A stretch of DNA of 64,000 nucleotides. Origin: the human T2T-CHM13v2.0 reference genome, Homo sapiens. Below, piece after piece: positions 59,843 through 64,000 of the stretch (position 1 is the stretch's first letter; each line of letters begins with the position of its first letter). A program made the translations under genes and the position numbers. The stretch lies in NCBI RefSeq assembly GCF_009914755.1, contig NC_060931.1, one strand, 5' to 3'. The notes beneath the pieces are model-generated. The model was given only the letters and a program-made list of their open reading frames with translations. It ran no database searches and was not told the origin of the DNA.

Positions 59843-62060
59843 ACAATTAAAATTGGCGTACAAGGGACATACCTCAATGTAATAAAAGCCATCTATGACA
59901 AACCCACAGCCAACATAATACTGACTGAGGAAAAGTTGAAAGCATTCCCTCTGAGCACTGGAACAAGACAAGGATGCCCACTCTCACCACTCCTCTTCAA
60001 CATAGTACTGGAAGTCATAGCCAGAGCAATCAGACAAAGAAAAGAAATAAAGGGCATCATCAGTAAAGAGGAAGTCAAACTGTCACTGTTTGCTGATGAT
60101 ATGACCATTTACCTTGAAAACCCTAAAGATTCCTCCAGAAAGCTCCTAGAATTGATAAAAGCATTCAGCAAAGTTTACAGATAGAAGATTAATATACACA
60201 AATCTGTAGCTGTTCTATATACCAACAGTGATCAAATGGAGAATAAAATCAAGAACTCCACCCCCTTTACAATAGCTGCAAAAAAAAAAAAAAAAAAAAA
60301 AGAAAATACTTAGGAATATACCTAACCAAGGAGGTGCAAGACCTCTACAAGGAAAACTGCAAAATACTGGTGAAAGAAATTATAGACAACACAAACAAAT
60401 GTAAACACATCCCATGCTCATGGATGGATAGAATCAATATTGTGATAATAACCATACTGCCAAAAGCAATCTACAAACTCAGTGCAATCTCCATCAAAAT
60501 ACCACCATCAATCTTCACATAATTAGAAAAAAAATCCAAAATTCATATGAAACCAAAAAAGACCCCACATAGCCAAAGCAAGACTAAGTAAAAAGAATAA
60601 ACCTGGAGGCATCCCACTACCTGATTTTAAACTATACTATAAGGCTATAGTCACCAAAACAACATGGTGCTGGTATAAAAATAGGCACATAGACCAATGG
60701 AACAGAATAGAGAACCCTGAAATAAACCCAAATACTTACAGCTAACTGATCTTCGACAAAGCAAACAAAAACATAAAGTGGGGAAAGGACACCCTTTTCA
60801 ACAAATGGAACTGGGATAATTGGCTAGCCACAGGTAGGAGAATGAAACTGGATCCTCATCTCTCACCATATACAAAAATCAACTCAAGATGGATTAAGGA
60901 CTTGAACCTAAGACCTGAAACTATAAAAATTCTAGAAGATAACGTTGGAAAAACCCTTTTAGACATTGGCTTAGGCAAGGATTTCATGACCAAGAACCCA
61001 AAAGCAAATGCAATAAAAACAAAGATAAATAGTTGGGACTTAATTAAACTAAAGAGCTTTTGCACAGCAAAAGGAACAGTCAGCAGAGTAAATAGACAAC
61101 CCTCAGAGTGGGAGAAAGTTTTCACAATGTATACTTCTGACAAAGGACTGATATCCAGAATCTACAATGAACTCAAACAAATCAGTAAGAAAAAAACAAA
61201 CAATCCCATCAAAAAGTGGGCTAAGGACGTGAATAGACAATTCTCAAAATAAGATATAAAATGGCCAACAAACATACGAAAAAATGCTCAACATCACTAA
61301 TGATTAGGGAAATGCAAATCAAAACCACAATGTGATACCACCTTACTCCTGCAAGAATGGCCATAATCAAAAAATCAAAAAAAAATAGTAGATGTTGGCA
61401 TGGATGTGGTGATCAGGGAACACATCTACACTGCTGTTGGGAATGTAAACTAGCACAGCCACTATCAAAAACAGTGTGAAGATTCCTTAAAGAACCAAAA
61501 GAGGAACGACCATTTGATCCAGCAATCCCACTATTGGGTATCTACCCAGAGGAAAAGAAGTCATCATACAAAAAAGATACTTCCACACTCATGTTTATAG
61601 CAGCACAATTCGCAATTGCAAAATTGTGGAACCAACCCAAATGCCTATCAATCAACTAGTGGATAAAGAAACTGTGGCATATATATATGATGGAATACTA
61701 CTCAGCCATAGAAAGGGATGAATTAACCGCATTTGCAGCAACCTGGAAAAGATTGGAGACGATTATTCTAAGTTAAGTAACTCAGGAATGGAAAACCAAA
61801 CATCATATGTTCTCATTGATATGTGGGAGTTAAGCTATGAGGACATAAAGGCATAAGAATGATACATCGGACTTTGGAGACTTAGGGGGAAGGGTGGGAG
61901 GGGGGTGAGAGATAAAAGACTACAAGTAGGTGGCATTGTATACTGCTTGGGTGATGGGTGCACCAAAAACTCATAAATCACCACTAAATAATTTACTCTT
62001 ATAACCAAATACCACCTGTACCCCAATAACCTATGGAAAATAATTTTTTAAAAAAATATT
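59843..62060 (+). mobile_element. 5'-truncated L1PB1-like LINE-1
   Basis: ORFs 59786-60184 ([22 protein letters not shown] core) and 60842-61252. 3'UTR aagctatgaggacataaaggcataagaatgatac...accacctgtaccccaataacctatggaaa. Confidence 0.95.
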
Positions 62061-62189
62061 TAAAATATATATTATTTTATTATTTATCTGTGGTTTTGTT
62101 TTTGGCCTTAAAAACTTCTTTATTTGCTATTAATAGAGCAACACAAACATTCTTTGGTTGATGTTTGCATTAAATAGTTGCTCTGGTAC

Positions 62190-62625
62190 ATTTCTTAGCT
62201 CAGAGTCTCTCATAAGGCCACAAGGTTTAACTAAGGATTAAGCTTAAAAGAGTCCTCCTGTGGCTTCACTGGCTGCTGACCACGGATATTAGGTCTTTAT
62301 CCTATGGGCTTCTCCATTAGGACAGTTTGCGGTATGGCAGCTGTACTCTCTTTCTCTTTTTCTTGGTTGCTGTGAAGGAAGTCAGCTGCCATGCTGTGAG
62401 CTTCCATTGAAGACAGAAGTCTTCCTTCTAAATGCCACGTGAGTGAGCATGGAAGTCAAGCCATGCAATGACTGTCACTCTGGCTAGCACCTTGATTGCA
62501 ATCTTCTGAGAGGCCCTGGTCCAAAGTCACCCTGCAAAACCAATGCCCAGAATTACTGACATATTTATTTCAAGCTAATAAATTATAGGCGTAATTTGTA
62601 ATATGCAGAAATAGATAACTATTAC
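62190..62625. mobile_element. MLT1E/F-like LTR pieces in opposite orientations (minus 62190-62345, plus 62346-62625)
   Basis: atgggcttctccattaggacag..atggcagctg (minus); gaagtcagctgccatg..cacgtgagtgagc..caccttgattgcaa..atatgcagaaatagataact (plus). Confidence 0.6.
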
Positions 62626-62684
62626 GTAGATCAAATGAAAAGATTTTCCAATGTGTAGAAACTACATAAATTCTTTTCTTACAG

Positions 62685-63640
62685 GACAATCTTATTCTAA
62701 TCAATAACATTTGCTTTTAAGGCAGATAATCCTCCAAGTTTTCTAATGATATCTGAAACTATTAACTGATTCTGTGAATTATGAAATCTGAAAAGGAATT
62801 GGAAGTTGCTAAAAATCTATCATTTGCATTGACCAGTGTGAAGCACAGTGGAATGAGAATGCGTGCCCTGACACCAAAGAAAAATAAGTGACTGGAAAGC
62901 TGAAGAATCACCGGCTTCAGTGACATGGAACCCAGTGATTTGATTTTTGACGAGTATCGGGTGACTTTGAGGTGGTCAAGAAACCACACTTTAAGAACAA
63001 TGTCCAAAAAGGGGAAAAAAAAGAGCAACCAAAGAAAAAAAATCCATAAAATTGCACAGAAGAAAAGAAAGAAAAATAAAATACACAATATGGACGATGG
63101 AGAAAAACAGTTACATTTCTTTATGGATCAAGAAGTTTGTGTACACATAATCTCATTTTGAGATATATAACTATTTTTGTCTTTCAGAAGTGAATCAAAA
63201 TATTTCAAAATGCTGTCTTATGAAACTACAATATTCTCACAGATTAGAAAAGTTTTTCTGTAAAAGTCAGATAGTAAATATTTTAGGTTTTGCAGTGTCT
63301 TTTGCAACTACTCAACTTTCCTACTGTAGCACAAGAGTAGCTGTGGTACTGTGCAAATAAATTGCTTGTGTTCCAATAAAGCTTCATTTACAAAAACATG
63401 CCATGGGCCATATTTGGCCTGTACACTGTTGTTTGCCAAGTCCTAATATAGTTGCTTAGCAAGTATTGTGAGCTATTTGAGGAAGACATGAAAGTTCATT
63501 GGGTTGCTAAAAAGTATGTAGAAATTCAAAGGAAAATTAAAATTTAGGCTAAGTTATAATACACTGTTTTAACAATTGTAAAATGTAAGAGAAATTTACA
63601 AATAAAAATCCCAAATAAAAGTCTTCTTGTCAGGTAGATT
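62685..63640 (+). other. Candidate 3' terminal exon of an unidentified (probably non-coding) transcript
   Basis: Acceptor ttcttttcttacAG|G at 62684 (alternative ttgcttttaAG at 62721), non-repeat sequence with several CpGs, tandem AATAAA at 63601 and 63614 followed by a GT/T-rich tract. Motif evidence only. Confidence 0.3.
63238..63445. mobile_element. MER58A-like hAT MITE
   Basis: tttttctgtaaaagtcagatagtaaatattttagg...tgtgttccaataaagc...gtttgccaagtcct. Confidence 0.8.
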
Positions 63641-64000
63641 CTGAGAAGCAAAGAATAGTTAAAAAGTAATAAGCTACTTTTAGTCCTTAAAAGAAAAGAT
63701 GTTTCTTCTGAATAGCTTTATAGTAGTTATTAAGATTATAACATGTGCTGAGCAAATCTTAGTAGAGGGAGAAATAATATTTTTAACTTGCATCTAAAGA
63801 ATATTAGTAGAAAATCTTACATCTGGGGAATGGAAAATGTCTCATTAAAATAAAGAGAGGACATCTACATCCTTTTCATTGACTCTAAAAACATGGCTTA
63901 CTTCTTTGGAAAAGGTTTCTGGTTGCAGATTCAAAATATATCATCAGTGACCAAATGTCAAGGGTTAAGAGATGTTCAATGAAATGTGGTTAGTGAAATG

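Noticed and set aside
59786-61252. ORFs with reverse-transcriptase motifs (FADD)
   Set aside because: Fragments of a 5'-truncated L1PB1 ORF2 with stops and frameshifts; not an active or novel RT system
62685-63640. Assigning a named lncRNA or gene to the candidate terminal exon
   Set aside because: I cannot reliably recognise it from sequence alone

Overview
AT-rich, repeat-dominated primate genomic DNA (AluY/AluS/L1PA present, so human or another catarrhine), either intergenic or deep intronic. No intact protein-coding gene is supported. Almost all listed ORFs are L1/Alu/LTR fragments or chance frames. The one gene-derived feature is a near full-length, intronless, frameshifted processed pseudogene of translin (TSN) at 36457-38951 (+). 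It carries part of the 5'UTR, the CDS and a long 3'UTR, has a degenerate 15-bp target-site duplication, and is inserted into an L2. The rest is a layered archive of L1s (L1PA, L1PB, L1MA, L1MC, L1ME types), Alus, MaLR/ERVL LTRs, ERVL internal remnants with recognisable RT motifs, DNA transposons (Tigger/pogo, MER58, MADE1), MIR/L2 and microsatellites. Notable fine structure: several templated fold-back/duplication scars (2880, 17871, 21121, 51418), a twin-primed L1, unexpected CpG richness of the TSN retrocopy CDS, and a candidate 3' terminal exon near 62.7-63.6 kb. I find no convincing evidence of a new biological system, so the findings are hypotheses. Repeat subfamily names come from recalled consensus motifs, and boundaries of old elements are approximate.
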